Shown here piece by piece: positions 29,930 to 40,647 of a stretch of DNA of 64,000 bases. The translations under genes and the position numbers were made by a program. The first letter of the stretch is position 1; each line of letters starts with the position of its first letter. The notes beneath the pieces are model-generated. The model saw only the letters and a program-made list of their open reading frames with translations, did no database searches and was not told the origin of the DNA. Source of the stretch: Ostreococcus lucimarinus (taxonomy: Eukaryota); NCBI GenBank assembly GCA_000092065.1, contig CP000586.1, one strand, 5' to 3'.

Positions 29930-32900
29930 CTAGGCGACGAAAGCGTGGGAGAAGACGAAGGGAGGGAAGAAAGAGGCCAAGACGGTGAGGTTGACGTCGT
30001 GGGCGGTGGCGAAGGCGCGCGCCCAGGCGATGGAGGCGCGAGCGCGGGGGGCGAAGACGTCGGGGGACGACGACGAAGACGGTCGTCGAGCCGAGATTTC
30101 GGCGCGCGCGAACGCGCCGAGATGAGAGAGATACGACGTCGTTTGGTCGGCGTGGAACTGGCGTAGGGTGGTGGAGACGGCGAGAATGAGGACGTGTGCG
30201 TCGAGTTTCGTCACCGACTGGTTGATCGGGACGAGCGTCGACGCGACGTCGTCGAAGCGGTAGAGCTCGAGCTGAGTCAGTGTGAAGACGAACGCGGCCA
30301 ATCCCCAGTCGTCGTCCACGGCGGCGACGGTGCAGTAGATCTGTCGCAGTGGGTTTTGCATGCCACTCGCGGAGAGGTAGGCGCTGAGCTTGGGCACGAT
30401 CGCGTTGGCCTCGTCGGGATAAGGCACGGTGTCTGGAGACTTGTAGTGCGATCGAATATCCGTCAAAATCGCCTTGTTCGCCGTGTCCAGCGCGCGACTC
30501 AACGTGTGCGAATCGATGCGAATGTTTGCCACGAGCTCGGCGTTCAGCTGCCGACGCAACAACTGCGCTTGTCCAATCGTTGCGAAGGCGGCGAGCATGT
30601 CGTCCCACGCGGAAGATGACGCCCTGATGGCTTGCTCGTACGCCTCAATCGAACCTTCAGGAACGGAGCCTAGCGGTCGCAACGCGTTATCGAGCGCGCG
30701 AATCGTCGCCCCAAGATCGCCTCTGAGGCGTTCGGAGTACGATTCGATGCACATCTGCAATTTTTGCGTCACCATGAAGCTCAGAAGACGATCAAGACCG
30801 GCCAAACCCACGTTCCCGACGGCAGACGTCAGCAGCGAAAATGTTCGGATGCCTACCACTTCCGAGCCTTCAGTGTCGAACCATCCGCTGTGTGGCGAGA
30901 CGTATCGAGTCGTCTTGGGATCGGTTTGTCTCATCAGTTCGCGCAACAGTCGTCCCATGAAATTCTTTGACTCTCCATCGAGCGCTGGGTAATCTGGGAT
31001 GGGTATCGCCACGGATTGAAATTCGCTCTCCCAATCATTGACTTGCTTGCGTTTGATGAAACTATTGCACTCTTGTTCGACGTGATAGCTCACCACTCGG
31101 TTGGTCTCTTCTTGCCACACTTGCAACCCATAAATATTCACGTAATCCTGAATGTACTCGAACGAGCGTCTGAAGCCTTCGATCCGATTCGCCAACGAGT
31201 TGAGACGGTCTTCAAATGGATTCGTTTTCATCATAGCCGCCACGAAATTATTCCAGCCTAGCGCGTCTTTAGCGCCATCGCCAAAGACGAGAGCTGTGTG
31301 AAACGTTTCTGTGATTTGTTTTACGAGCTGTTTGCGTATGCCTTCCTCCAACAACTGCTTAGGGTCGAGTTCGATGACCCCCATGAATGTCCGCTCCATG
31401 GCTAAAATGCCTTGCGCAAAGATGGAGATTTCGTACGTCGCCTTGGAAAGCTGTGCTCTTTCAGCAGGTTGCGCGTAATCGCTCAGCGCGGTTTTTTCGA
31501 GCTTGGTCGGCAGTTCCTTCAGCGCGTTCGTTTGAACGCCGATGATTTCGTTCAAAATCTCAAACATACTAATCGGCACCACTTCCACAACGCTTCGCAC
31601 GTAACTCACGAGCTGGGAAGAATAATATTCACTCACGCTGTAAATGTCCGGCGACTCCATTTGCGAAATGCGCAATAACGGCATTTCCAAAATGCTTTTC
31701 AGCTTAAGAAATGTGAACCGTAGTTTTCGCACCGCAAATGGATCTTTACGAATGCGTTGTTGCAGCTGTTCCGTGTACGGATCGAGCACTCGCCACGCAT
31801 ACGCCGCGTCGGACACAATCGTCAGCGTGTTCAGCGCGGAATCTGCGACGTTTGAAGTCATCATCATCTTACCCAAATATCCCCGGGAATCGAGCAAGTA
31901 CTGCTTGGCGTGGATGTTGTCGACGATTTGATGAAATTGCTCGACTTCCGTCAAGGCGGTCTCGAGCTCCTGAATGGTTCTACCGGCGGCCACCGCATCG
32001 TCGTACGAAAGTCGTTCGACTTCGACAGACAAGTTCGCAAACCACAGCCGCAAGTTTTCGTCTTTCGCGTTCCTGCTCAATCCAGCGGTACCACCGAAAT
32101 ACGCGCTAAGCTCCTTCATTCGTTCTCCGGCTTCGTGTTTGCACTTTTCCCACAGCTCGTGCTTGCCGCTCAAGAGCGAGGTATAAATCTTCTTCAACTC
32201 GTTCTCCAATTCGGCGCAATCTAAGAGCAAATCTATTATGTTTTCTTTGCTCGGCATGTAAGAAACGAGGGACGATACTGACTTGTGGGTGGTCAAATTG
32301 TGTAGAAGTACGAAACGCGCCACGACGTTGGCGTCGCGAACGACATTCATGAGCACTTTTTCATTGCTCAAAACGAATTCCTCGGTGAGCACACCTTCGG
32401 TGAGGTATGTTTTGAACGCCGTTTTCAATTCACCGACGCGCGTTGACGCGTTATCGATCAATTCCCTCGCCGCCTTGGGCGTCACCGCGTTACGCATGGC
32501 CGTCGACGCCGCTTCGTACGGTTCCCATTCCGTCAACAAATCCACTGTCAACCCAGCGCCGTAGGCGACGACCCAGTTATCGGCGTAGTGTCTGTCTACG
32601 ATTTCTCTCATCGCCGACGTCCCTCTATTTAAGATCTTGGGCGCCCAATACAATATAATGTACAACAATCCTCCCTGCGCGGCGAGCGCGGTGGAGCGAT
32701 GATCCGGATTCGGGTAGTGCGGAGCGTGATTATACACGTCATCCGTTCGCAATCGCCCGATCACCATATATATAAGCCACTCTGGCATTTCGAATCTCGC
32801 GAAATATAGCTCCGGGTACCCCTCCGGTCGCGTTTTCCGCGCGGCGTCGTATCCCGTCCGCGCGCAGAGCGTCACGATTTCGTCCGCGTTCGCGATGTCC

Positions 32901-33511
32901 TCGCTCGCCCCTCTCATGCGATAATACGCCACCACCATGCGCTCGCGAAACCGCCAATCAAACTTTGCATCTAATATCTTCAAAATAACCCCGAACATCG
33001 CGATCGCTTCGCACACGTACTGCCTCCCGTCCTCGTCGCTCAGAATCTTTTCCCACGTCTCGCTCACGTACGTCCCCTCCGCCACGTCCTCCGCGAATCG
33101 CACGAAATCCTGATGCCACCGCACGACCGCGTCGAACGCGTTCCAATACCGTTCAAACACGTGTCCATAGCTCCCGCGCACCTCCTCGTCGAGTTCATAC
33201 GTCGATCCATCCCTCGCCGCCGCGTCCTCCGCGCGTTCCCGCGCGTCGAAGTATTCGTAATCAAACAACACCCTCGCGAACTTCGAGTCCTCGCGCGACA
33301 GCGCCCTCGGCGCGTTCTCTCCCAATCGCAGCAGTTCCGCCGCGAGCGCCTGCGCGCGCGCGACGAACGCGCACGCGCTCCGCGTCGCCGTGCGCGACGT
33401 CCCCGCGGTCGCATTCGCTTTCGCGTTCGCATTCGCGCTCGCGCGCGCGTTCGCGCGCCCGTCGCGCGCGTCGTCGCCGTCGCGCGCGCGCGACGCGTCC
33501 ACCGCGTCCAT
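29930..33511 (-). CDS. WASHC5: Strumpellin (WASH complex subunit 5)
   Basis: Extended collinear similarity to strumpellin: AELLRLGE…, FDYEYF…DEE…TYVSETWEKILSDEDGRQYVCEAIAMFGVILKILDAKFDWRFRERMVVAYYRM…, GRLRTDDVYN…HRSTALA…, and SFEYIQDYVNIYGLQVWQEE matches exactly. I start the CDS at the ATG at 33511 (MDAVDASRAR…). The 227 codons upstream of it in the tracked ORF are R-rich junk over the promoter. Confidence 0.85.
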   Translation of the reverse strand: MDAVDASRARDGDDARDGRANARASANANAKANATAGTSRTATRSACAFVARAQALAAELLRLGENAPRALSREDSKFARVLFDYEYFDARERAEDAAARDGSTYELDEEVRGSYGHVFERYWNAFDAVVRWHQDFVRFAEDVAEGTYVSETWEKILSDEDGRQYVCEAIAMFGVILKILDAKFDWRFRERMVVAYYRMRGASEDIANADEIVTLCARTGYDAARKTRPEGYPELYFARFEMPEWLIYMVIGRLRTDDVYNHAPHYPNPDHRSTALAAQGGLLYIILYWAPKILNRGTSAMREIVDRHYADNWVVAYGAGLTVDLLTEWEPYEAASTAMRNAVTPKAARELIDNASTRVGELKTAFKTYLTEGVLTEEFVLSNEKVLMNVVRDANVVARFVLLHNLTTHKSVSSLVSYMPSKENIIDLLLDCAELENELKKIYTSLLSGKHELWEKCKHEAGERMKELSAYFGGTAGLSRNAKDENLRLWFANLSVEVERLSYDDAVAAGRTIQELETALTEVEQFHQIVDNIHAKQYLLDSRGYLGKMMMTSNVADSALNTLTIVSDAAYAWRVLDPYTEQLQQRIRKDPFAVRKLRFTFLKLKSILEMPLLRISQMESPDIYSVSEYYSSQLVSYVRSVVEVVPISMFEILNEIIGVQTNALKELPTKLEKTALSDYAQPAERAQLSKATYEISIFAQGILAMERTFMGVIELDPKQLLEEGIRKQLVKQITETFHTALVFGDGAKDALGWNNFVAAMMKTNPFEDRLNSLANRIEGFRRSFEYIQDYVNIYGLQVWQEETNRVVSYHVEQECNSFIKRKQVNDWESEFQSVAIPIPDYPALDGESKNFMGRLLRELMRQTDPKTTRYVSPHSGWFDTEGSEVVGIRTFSLLTSAVGNVGLAGLDRLLSFMVTQKLQMCIESYSERLRGDLGATIRALDNALRPLGSVPEGSIEAYEQAIRASSSAWDDMLAAFATIGQAQLLRRQLNAELVANIRIDSHTLSRALDTANKAILTDIRSHYKSPDTVPYPDEANAIVPKLSAYLSASGMQNPLRQIYCTVAAVDDDWGLAAFVFTLTQLELYRFDDVASTLVPINQSVTKLDAHVLILAVSTTLRQFHADQTTSYLSHLGAFARAEISARRPSSSSSPDVFAPRARASIAWARAFATAHDVNLTVLASFFPPFVFSHAFVA

Positions 33512-33940
33512 CGTCGCGCGCCCGCGCGCTCGCGCGACGCGCACTCCCGCGCGCGAACGCGCGCGAACGCGCCCGCGCGCGACCCATCGGCGAACCTCGC
33601 GATCGACGTCGCGTCGAACCTCGCGCCGTCGATCGACGTCGCGACGTCGATCGACGCGGGTCGTCGATCGATCGCGCGCGCGATCGCGATCCGACGGCGA
33701 CGACCGCGACACTTCGCGACGACGCGCCGAGCGACGACGCGCGACGGCGACGGACGCGCGACGGCGCGAGCGGCGAGGGTTCACGCGCGGCGCGCGCGCG
33801 ACGACGCGACGAGGCGACGCGGCGACGGAAACCGATCGGCGACGGCGACGGCGCCGAGGCGCTGACTTTGGCGAGCGCGCGTCGTTGACTCGATCGCGCG
33901 ACGCGAAAGACGCGACCGACGGACGCGAGGGAGAGAAAAG

Positions 33941-35524
33941 ATGACGGCGACGATGGCGGGGGAGCGGTACGTGGAGAATAAGCTGAAACACGACGTGCGG
34001 GTGTCGAACATGACGGCGGCGAAGAAGCTCGCGGACGCGATCCGAACGTCGCTCGGGCCGAGAGGCATGGACAAGATGATGGTGAACGCGAAGAACGACG
34101 TGACGATATCGAACGATGGAGCGACGATATTGAAAACGATGGACGTGACGCATCCGGCGGCGAAGATGCTGGTCGAGCTGTCGAAATCGCAAGACATCGT
34201 GGCGGGGGACGGGACGACGAGCGTGGCGGTTTTGTGCGGGGCGCTGTTGGATAAATGTATCGGATTGTTAGGACGAGGCGTGCATCCGACGGTGATTTCG
34301 GACGCGATGTCGACGGCGTGTGAGAAGGCGTGCGAAATTTTGGAGGGAATGAGCGATCCGGTGGATTTGAATGATCGCGAAAGTTTGATTCAGGCGGCGA
34401 CGACGAGTCTGGGGTCAAAAGTCGTCGCGCAGTACTCGAGCTTGTTGAGCCCGATTGCGGTGGATTGCGTGCTCAGAGTGCTCGACCAAGAGCGGCCGAA
34501 CATGGTAGATTTGCGAGACGTGAAGATCGTAAAAAAGGTCGGGGGCACGATGGACGATACCGAGTTGGTGGACGGCATCGTCTTCGACCAAAAGCCGAGC
34601 AAGGCGGCGGGCGGACCGACGAGAGTGGAGGACGCGAAGATTGGTTTGGTACAGTTTTGCATCTCCCCGCCGAAGACGGACTTAGAGAACAACGTCATCG
34701 TAAGTGATTACACGCAGATGGATAAAATTTTACGCGAAGAGCGCAACCACATCATCGGTATCATCAAGAAGATCAAGGCGAGCGGTTGCAACGTTCTCTT
34801 GGTGCAAAAGTCAATCTTGCGCGACGCGGTGTCGGATTTGGCGCTCCATTACTTGGCCAAGGCGAAGATTTTAGTCATTCGTGACATCGAGCGCGAAGAA
34901 ATTGAATTCATCAGTAAGACGCTTCACTGTCAACCGGTGGCGCACGTCGATCACATGACGCCGGATAAGCTTGGTCACGCCGCACTCGTGAACGAGAAGC
35001 AGTGCGGAAACGGCAAGGTTGTCCAAGTCACCGGTGTCGAGAACATGGGTCGTACTGTTTCAGTCATAGTTCGCGGTGGTAATCAGCTCGTCGTCGAAGA
35101 AGCCGACAGATCGCTTCACGACGCTCTGTGCGTCATTCGCTGCTTGGTGCAAAAGCGATTTTTAATCGTCGGCGGCGGAGCGCCCGAGGTTGAAATGTCC
35201 CAAAAGCTCGGCTATTGGGCGCGCACGCTAAGCGGGATGGATGCCGTCGCTGTGAAGGCGTTCGCTGAAGCTTTAGAGGTGGTTCCGTACACATTGGCTG
35301 AAAACGCTGGTTTGAACCCGATTGAAATCGTCACCGAGTTGCGCAACGCTCACGTCGCCGGCAACGTGCACCACGGCATCAACGTTCGCAAGGGAACGAT
35401 TTCCAACATGAAGGAGGAGAATGTGCTCCAACCTTTGTTAGTATCAACGAGTGCGCTTTCCTTGGCGACTGAGTGCGTTCGAATGATTCTCAAAATAGAT
35501 GACATCGTGCCAAGCATGAGGTGA
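33941..35524 (+). CDS. CCT4: T-complex protein 1 (CCT/TRiC) subunit delta
   Basis: Full-length group II chaperonin: …[10 protein letters not shown]…, [10 protein letters not shown], …ILKIDDIV… The match is closest to the delta subunit. Confidence 0.95.
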   Translation: MTATMAGERYVENKLKHDVRVSNMTAAKKLADAIRTSLGPRGMDKMMVNAKNDVTISNDGATILKTMDVTHPAAKMLVELSKSQDIVAGDGTTSVAVLCGALLDKCIGLLGRGVHPTVISDAMSTACEKACEILEGMSDPVDLNDRESLIQAATTSLGSKVVAQYSSLLSPIAVDCVLRVLDQERPNMVDLRDVKIVKKVGGTMDDTELVDGIVFDQKPSKAAGGPTRVEDAKIGLVQFCISPPKTDLENNVIVSDYTQMDKILREERNHIIGIIKKIKASGCNVLLVQKSILRDAVSDLALHYLAKAKILVIRDIEREEIEFISKTLHCQPVAHVDHMTPDKLGHAALVNEKQCGNGKVVQVTGVENMGRTVSVIVRGGNQLVVEEADRSLHDALCVIRCLVQKRFLIVGGGAPEVEMSQKLGYWARTLSGMDAVAVKAFAEALEVVPYTLAENAGLNPIEIVTELRNAHVAGNVHHGINVRKGTISNMKEENVLQPLLVSTSALSLATECVRMILKIDDIVPSMR

Positions 35525-35709
35525 GCGGGCGTGGCGACGACGCTCGAGCGGCGGCGGGGCGCGGCAATTAGACGACATTTAATACCAGGCGAGCGAGCTT
35601 GAGGTCACGACGTTCGATTCGATCACGAATTTGTGAATTATTTATTGCACGCTAATGCATATCGCTAAGAAGAATTAACCAATCTCTACAGGGGTCGCGC
35701 GCGACACAT

Positions 35710-36696
35710 TTACGCTTCCTCGAGCATGTGCGCCTTGTGCGTAGCCGCCTTCACGTCCGCCGTCACATCCGTCGGGTTTTGCGCCGCGTGCGGGTGATCC
35801 GCGCCCGCGTACACCTTCAAATGCGTAAACGTCTCCCGTCCCATGCGGTTCTTCGGCAACATACCCTTAATCGCCTTTTCAATCACTCGCGCCGGTTGAC
35901 GCGCGTGCAGGCTCGCGTACGTCTCCTCCTTCATCGACCCCGGCTTACCTCTGACGCCGAGCGTGTAGTACAACTTTTGGTTCGCCTTGTTCCCAGTCAC
36001 GACAATCTTATCGGCATTAATCACGACCACGTTCACGCCCATGTTAAACGCCGGGGTGTAGCACCCAGAGTTCCCGCCTCGCAGGTACGTCGCCGCCACC
36101 GTGCTCAGGCGTCCGAGTCGCAACCCGGCGGCGTCGATCACCACCCACGGTTTACGAGACGCGTCCGCGTCCTCACCCTTGGGGTAATACGTCGTGTTAA
36201 ACACGTCACGTCCGAGTTTCTCGGCCGTGACCCCGAGCTCCGGGGGGAGCGACCCGAGGCTGTGACCGCGAGTCTGCACGCCGCATCGTCGTCCCGGCGA
36301 GGGTTTCGCGGCTGCGCATTCGAAGCGACGATTACGTCGCGCGGCGTCGTCAGTCGACCGTCTCGAGCGTCGCGAACGACGCGCATTCGCGCGAATATTT
36401 TTTTCTCGTCGTCGAGCGTCGGCGCATCGCGCGAGGCGCGTCGCGTCGCGTCGTCGTCGGGCATCGCGCGCGCGCGAAAAAGCCCTACGCCGCGGTCGAG
36501 CGCGGCGTCGGGATTCGCGCGCGCGCGCGGCGTCGAACGACGCGCGACGCGCGCGCGGACGGGCGGGAGATGGCGAACGTACCTTGTTGGCGCTTGGGCG
36601 CGGCGGTGGGCGCGCGGACGGGCGCGAGGGAGGCCATCGTGGCGTACATGTCGTCGCGAAGTGACGTCGAGCGCACCGAGGGTTTAGTGAGTGCAC
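35710..36696 (-). CDS. rpl13: Bacterial-type ribosomal protein uL13, organelle-targeted (long N-terminal presequence)
   Basis: The C-terminal 150 aa are …KPWVVIDAAGLRLGRLSTVAATYLRGG…VVINADKIVVTGNKANQKLYY…LPKNRMGRETFTHLKVYAGADHPHA. The N-terminal 170 aa are R/A/P-rich, and the start is uncertain. Confidence 0.8.
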   Translation of the reverse strand: MHSLNPRCARRHFATTCTPRWPPSRPSARPPPRPSANKVRSPSPARPRARRASFDAARARESRRRARPRRRAFSRARDARRRRDATRLARCADARRREKNIRANARRSRRSRRSTDDAARRNRRFECAAAKPSPGRRCGVQTRGHSLGSLPPELGVTAEKLGRDVFNTTYYPKGEDADASRKPWVVIDAAGLRLGRLSTVAATYLRGGNSGCYTPAFNMGVNVVVINADKIVVTGNKANQKLYYTLGVRGKPGSMKEETYASLHARQPARVIEKAIKGMLPKNRMGRETFTHLKVYAGADHPHAAQNPTDVTADVKAATHKAHMLEEA

Positions 36697-36771
36697 GGAT
36701 GGCTGAGGTTGGATGCGGGCGTCGGCGACGACGGCGCGGGGAGGCGAACGCGTGGGTAATACAAAGCGAGA

Positions 36772-38853
36772 CTAGGCGCTGGGAGACTCCGCGCGCTCTG
36801 CGTTGCGACGACGGACCTCGAGATGGACGAGGAGTGAGCTGACGTCGGCGGGAGTGACGCCTCCGATGCGCGAGGCTTGGCCGATGGTGGCGGGGCGGAC
36901 GCGCGCGAGCTTCTCGCGCGCCTCCATGCGGAGGGTGGAGATGGATGCGTAGTCGACGTCGTCGGGAATCGGTTTGCCGAACTTACTCGATTCACGCTCG
37001 ACTTGAAGCTCTTGGCGCTTGATGAAGCCGGAGTACTTGACTCGGATCTCCACAGCCTCGGCTTCCCAACGCGTGAGGGGGGCGTCGACGTTGCCTTGGC
37101 CGAATTCTTCGAGCATGGAGTACGGGACTTGCGGGCGTCGTAAGAGCTCCTCCAAAGTGTAACTTTGACGGGAACCCGAGCCTGAGACATCGAGCGCGCG
37201 TTGACAAAACTCATCCTTGACGTTCAAGCGCGTGCTTTGCAGGCGCGCCATCTCGTTATCCACCGCGTCGCGCTTCTTCTCGAATTTGGCCCAGCGCGCA
37301 TCTGAAATCAAACCGACCTCGCGGCCGAGCGGGGTGAGGCGCATGTCCGCGTTATCGGAACGTAACACCAACCTGTACTCGCTTCTTGAGGTCAACATGC
37401 GGTAGGGTTCTCGTAAATCCTTTGTGCACAAGTCGTCGACGAGGGTGCCGAGGTACGAACCTTCTCGAGGAAGGATGAGTTCTTTCGCGCCGTTGCTCGC
37501 ACCACCCTTCGCCAACTGCGCGGCGTTGATGCCCGCGAGAAGACCTTGTGCCGCGGCTTCTTCGTAACCCGTCGTACCGTTGATTTGACCGGAGAAAAAC
37601 AAACCGGAAATCTTTTTCGTCTCGAGCGTCGGTTTGCACTGGTAAGCGGGCAAAAAGTCGTACTCTACAGCGTACGCAGGTCTCAGGATTTTGCAGTTCT
37701 CCAACCCAGGAAGTGTGCGCAAGAGCTCGAGTTGCAAGGTTTCGGGTAAGCCCGTGCTGAAGCCTTGCACGTACACCTCGGGCACGGTTCGACCTTCGGG
37801 CTCGAGGAAAATTTGATGGCTCTCCTTGTCGGCGAAGCGCACAATTTTGTCCTCGATCGACGGGCAATACCTCGGCCCTTTCGCCCCGACCCATCCGCCG
37901 TACGTAGGCGTTTCTAATAAATTATCTTGAATCAGTTTATGCGTCGCCGCCGTCGTGCGCGTCATGTGACACGCCATTTGCTCGCGAACGACGTGCGCAT
38001 CCTCGTCAAAGGAAAACCAACGCATGTCCTCGTCCCCGGGTTGTTCCTCCAAGTTCGTGTAATCGATCGACCGCGAATCCACCCTCGCGGGAGTGCCAGT
38101 TTTCAAACGATCGATCTCGAACCCAATCTCTTGTAAATACTCCGTCAAACCTTCGCTCGGCGCCTCGCCCGCGCGTCCAGCAGCGAGCGTCTTTCGCCCG
38201 ACCCAAATTTGCCCACCCATGAACGTCCCCGTCGTCAGCACCACCGACGGCGCCTCAAACTCCATACCAAAGTGCGTTCGCACCCCTCGCACGTCATCGT
38301 TCGTTCCTAGGACCAATTCCGTCACCATCCCTTCCCGTATGCTCAGATTCGGCTCCGCCTCGAGCGTCGTTCGCATCTCTCGCGAATACTCCCATTTATC
38401 CGTCTGCGCGCGCAGCGCCCACACCGCCGGTCCTCGCGACGCGTTCAGCACTCGTTTTTGTAGGTACGTCTTATCGCTGATGATTCCCATCGCCCCTCCG
38501 AGGGCGTCGATCTCGTGCACCAACTGCGACTTCGCCGGTCCGCCGACGGCTGGGTTACACGGCTGCCACGCCACGCGGTCGAGGTTGAGCGTCAGCAGCA
38601 GCGTCGACGCCCCCGCGCGCGCGCTCGCGAGGGCGGCTTCGCATCCGGCGTGTCCGGCGCCGACGACGATGACGTCGTAGCGCGCGTCCGCGGGCGGGCG
38701 CGACGACGACGCCGACGCGCGCGCGACGACGACGCGGCGGCGATTGGGACGCGCGATGGCGACGACGGCGCCGCGAAGCCGCGAACGAGGACGCGCGACG
38801 AGCGTGGACGCGGACGTCGACGGCGCGCACGGACCGCGCGCGGAGACGACCAT
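36772..38853 (-). CDS. MTO1: tRNA uridine 5-carboxymethylaminomethyl modification enzyme MnmG/GidA (MTO1-like, organellar)
   Basis: FAD-binding start [21 protein letters not shown], conserved GidA blocks throughout, and the C-terminal GidA-associated domain. A presequence comes before the FAD motif. Confidence 0.9.
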   Translation of the reverse strand: MVVSARGPCAPSTSASTLVARPRSRLRGAVVAIARPNRRRVVVARASASSSRPPADARYDVIVVGAGHAGCEAALASARAGASTLLLTLNLDRVAWQPCNPAVGGPAKSQLVHEIDALGGAMGIISDKTYLQKRVLNASRGPAVWALRAQTDKWEYSREMRTTLEAEPNLSIREGMVTELVLGTNDDVRGVRTHFGMEFEAPSVVLTTGTFMGGQIWVGRKTLAAGRAGEAPSEGLTEYLQEIGFEIDRLKTGTPARVDSRSIDYTNLEEQPGDEDMRWFSFDEDAHVVREQMACHMTRTTAATHKLIQDNLLETPTYGGWVGAKGPRYCPSIEDKIVRFADKESHQIFLEPEGRTVPEVYVQGFSTGLPETLQLELLRTLPGLENCKILRPAYAVEYDFLPAYQCKPTLETKKISGLFFSGQINGTTGYEEAAAQGLLAGINAAQLAKGGASNGAKELILPREGSYLGTLVDDLCTKDLREPYRMLTSRSEYRLVLRSDNADMRLTPLGREVGLISDARWAKFEKKRDAVDNEMARLQSTRLNVKDEFCQRALDVSGSGSRQSYTLEELLRRPQVPYSMLEEFGQGNVDAPLTRWEAEAVEIRVKYSGFIKRQELQVERESSKFGKPIPDDVDYASISTLRMEAREKLARVRPATIGQASRIGGVTPADVSSLLVHLEVRRRNAERAESPSA

Positions 38854-39070
38854 CGCGCCGGCGTCGAGGTGTGCGGGACGCCGCGCGCGGCGACGAGGCG
38901 ACGAGCGGGACGGAGAAAAAGAAAAGACGCGATAAATCCATGATTACGTGTGTTTGTGTTGCAGAATCGCTCGCGTGATGGATAACGAAACTGGGCATGC
39001 GGATGGTGCGCGAAAAGTCGTCGCGCGTCGAGTCGCGCTCGACTCGACGCGCGTCTCGCGTCTCGCGCGT

Positions 39071-39523
39071 TTATCGCTTGCCGGCCGCCGCCGCCTTCTT
39101 CTCAGTCTCCTCCGTCTTCTTCACGCCCGCGAAATCGATGTACTTACCGTTGCAGTACGCATCGGTCTTGTACCACTTGTGCCCGAACTTTCCGCCGTGA
39201 TCCATCGGGTCGCCGTTCATCTTAAACTTGCGCAGGTTGCTCACTTCGCCCTCGATCAAGCCGAGGTTCACCGCCATTTGAACCGGGTTCAACGTCCCCG
39301 TGACGAACGGCAGGAGCAACGCGCTGATGGCGCCGACGCCGACGACGATAATCGTCGTCCCGACCGCGACCGCGCCGGAGTATTCCGGTCCGAACAAGTC
39401 GCCCGCGAACGCCGGGTTCGCGAGCGCGAGCGCGAGCGCCGAGCTCGTCGCCGCCGCCGCGCGTCGTCGCGTCGTCTCCACGGCCGTCGCGCCCGCCTTC
39501 GTCTGCGTCGCGCGTCCATCCAT
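39071..39523 (-). CDS. Small single-helix protein with a bipartite transit peptide ending in a lumenal AxA site (…ALALALANPAFA|GDLF…). It is probably a thylakoid-membrane subunit of unknown identity
   Basis: A 150-aa ORF. The mature part is GDLFGPEYSGAVAVGTTIIVVGVGAISALLLPFV (one helix) followed by a ~75-aa charged tail (…KFKMNGDPMDHGGKFGHKWYKTDAYCNGKYIDFAGVKK…). Confidence 0.5.
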   Translation of the reverse strand: MDGRATQTKAGATAVETTRRRAAAATSSALALALANPAFAGDLFGPEYSGAVAVGTTIIVVGVGAISALLLPFVTGTLNPVQMAVNLGLIEGEVSNLRKFKMNGDPMDHGGKFGHKWYKTDAYCNGKYIDFAGVKKTEETEKKAAAAGKR

Positions 39524-39544
39524 CAGTCATCGCTTCGTTCGTTC

Positions 39545-39577
39545 GTCGCGTCGCGTCGCGTCGCGTCGCGTCGCGTC
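39545..39577. repeat. (TCGCG)6 pentamer repeat in the divergent promoter region
   Basis: Read directly: tcgcgtcgcgtcgcgtcgcgtcgcgtcgcg. Confidence 0.8.
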
Positions 39578-39857
39578 GGTCCGTCGCGTTCGTTCGCGTC
39601 CGCGTTCGGTCCCGATCGCGCGCGTCTCCCCGTCGCGTTCGTTCGCGTCGTCGCGCGCACCTCGACCGCGCGCGTCGCGGTGGATCGGCGCGTCGCGCGC
39701 GCGCCGCGCGCTCTCGCGACGGGCGCGGGGCATCTGGCGGCGTTCAGCGCGAGCATGTCGTCGTCGTCGCGGTGTGCGGATCGCCCTATCCACGACGTCT
39801 GTGGGCAAACAGTGCGCGGGGTCGACGCCGGCGTCCCGCACACCGCGACGACGATCG

Positions 39858-40544
39858 ATGGCGACGGCGACGGCGACGACGGCGACGACGGCGCGCGCGC
39901 GAAGAAGCGGCGCGCGCGTCTCGAAGCGCGCGACGCGCGCGCCGGCGCGCGCGGCGCGACGCGTCGCGGTGACGGCGACGTCGACGGCGGCGGACGCGCT
40001 TCGGGACGGACGCGCGCGGTACGAGGCGGGCGATCGCATGAACGGGCTCAAGGCGTTCGAGCGCGCGCTGGAGAGCGAGGATGGGATGAGCCTCGAGACG
40101 CGACGGGAGCTGTGCTACTGCGCGATGTGCTGCAGCGCGGCGTTCGGGGACGTGGAGTCGGCGAAGATGTACCTGCGGGAGATGCAGGCGTGCGGGCTGG
40201 ACTTCGAGACGGCGATCGCGGATCCGACGATGATGAGGATGGAGTCGTCGGCGCTGATGAAGAATCAGTTGAAGAAGTTTGCGGCGGGGGAGGGGAAGTC
40301 GTTCGGGACGGTGCAGAGGGAACAGTATGAGCGGGATAAGGCGAACGCGGCGCCGACGCCGGCGACGAGCGTGAGCGGGTTGAGGGATTTGGAGATTAGC
40401 TCGGACACGGATGAGAGCGTGGAGGCGATCGTGAAGCGGGTGGGGATTTTGATCGTTCTTTCCGCGGTCGGGTTCGTGGCGCTGTTCAAGGGCGGGATGG
40501 GGATCATGGAACCGGGGTCGTTGCCGTTTGAGGAAATTTATTGA
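39858..40544 (+). CDS. Hypothetical protein with an A/T-rich presequence, a TPR-like helical core and a C-terminal transmembrane helix
   Basis: The tracked 414-aa ORF begins with R-rich junk that is antisense to the upstream gene's promoter. I take the ATG at 39858 (MATATATTATTARAR…) as the start. The core is …DALRDGRARYEAGDRMNGLKAFERALESEDG…, and the C-terminus is GILIVLSAVGFVALF. Confidence 0.4.
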   Translation: MATATATTATTARARRSGARVSKRATRAPARAARRVAVTATSTAADALRDGRARYEAGDRMNGLKAFERALESEDGMSLETRRELCYCAMCCSAAFGDVESAKMYLREMQACGLDFETAIADPTMMRMESSALMKNQLKKFAAGEGKSFGTVQREQYERDKANAAPTPATSVSGLRDLEISSDTDESVEAIVKRVGILIVLSAVGFVALFKGGMGIMEPGSLPFEEIY

Positions 40545-40647
40545 CGAGGCGACGAGCTCAAGTTTTTTCAATTACTGGTAGTTTGTTATAAAGAATATTA
40601 GTGCGCTCGCTGTGGCCTTTCTAAAGACATATCAACAATGCGTGCAT

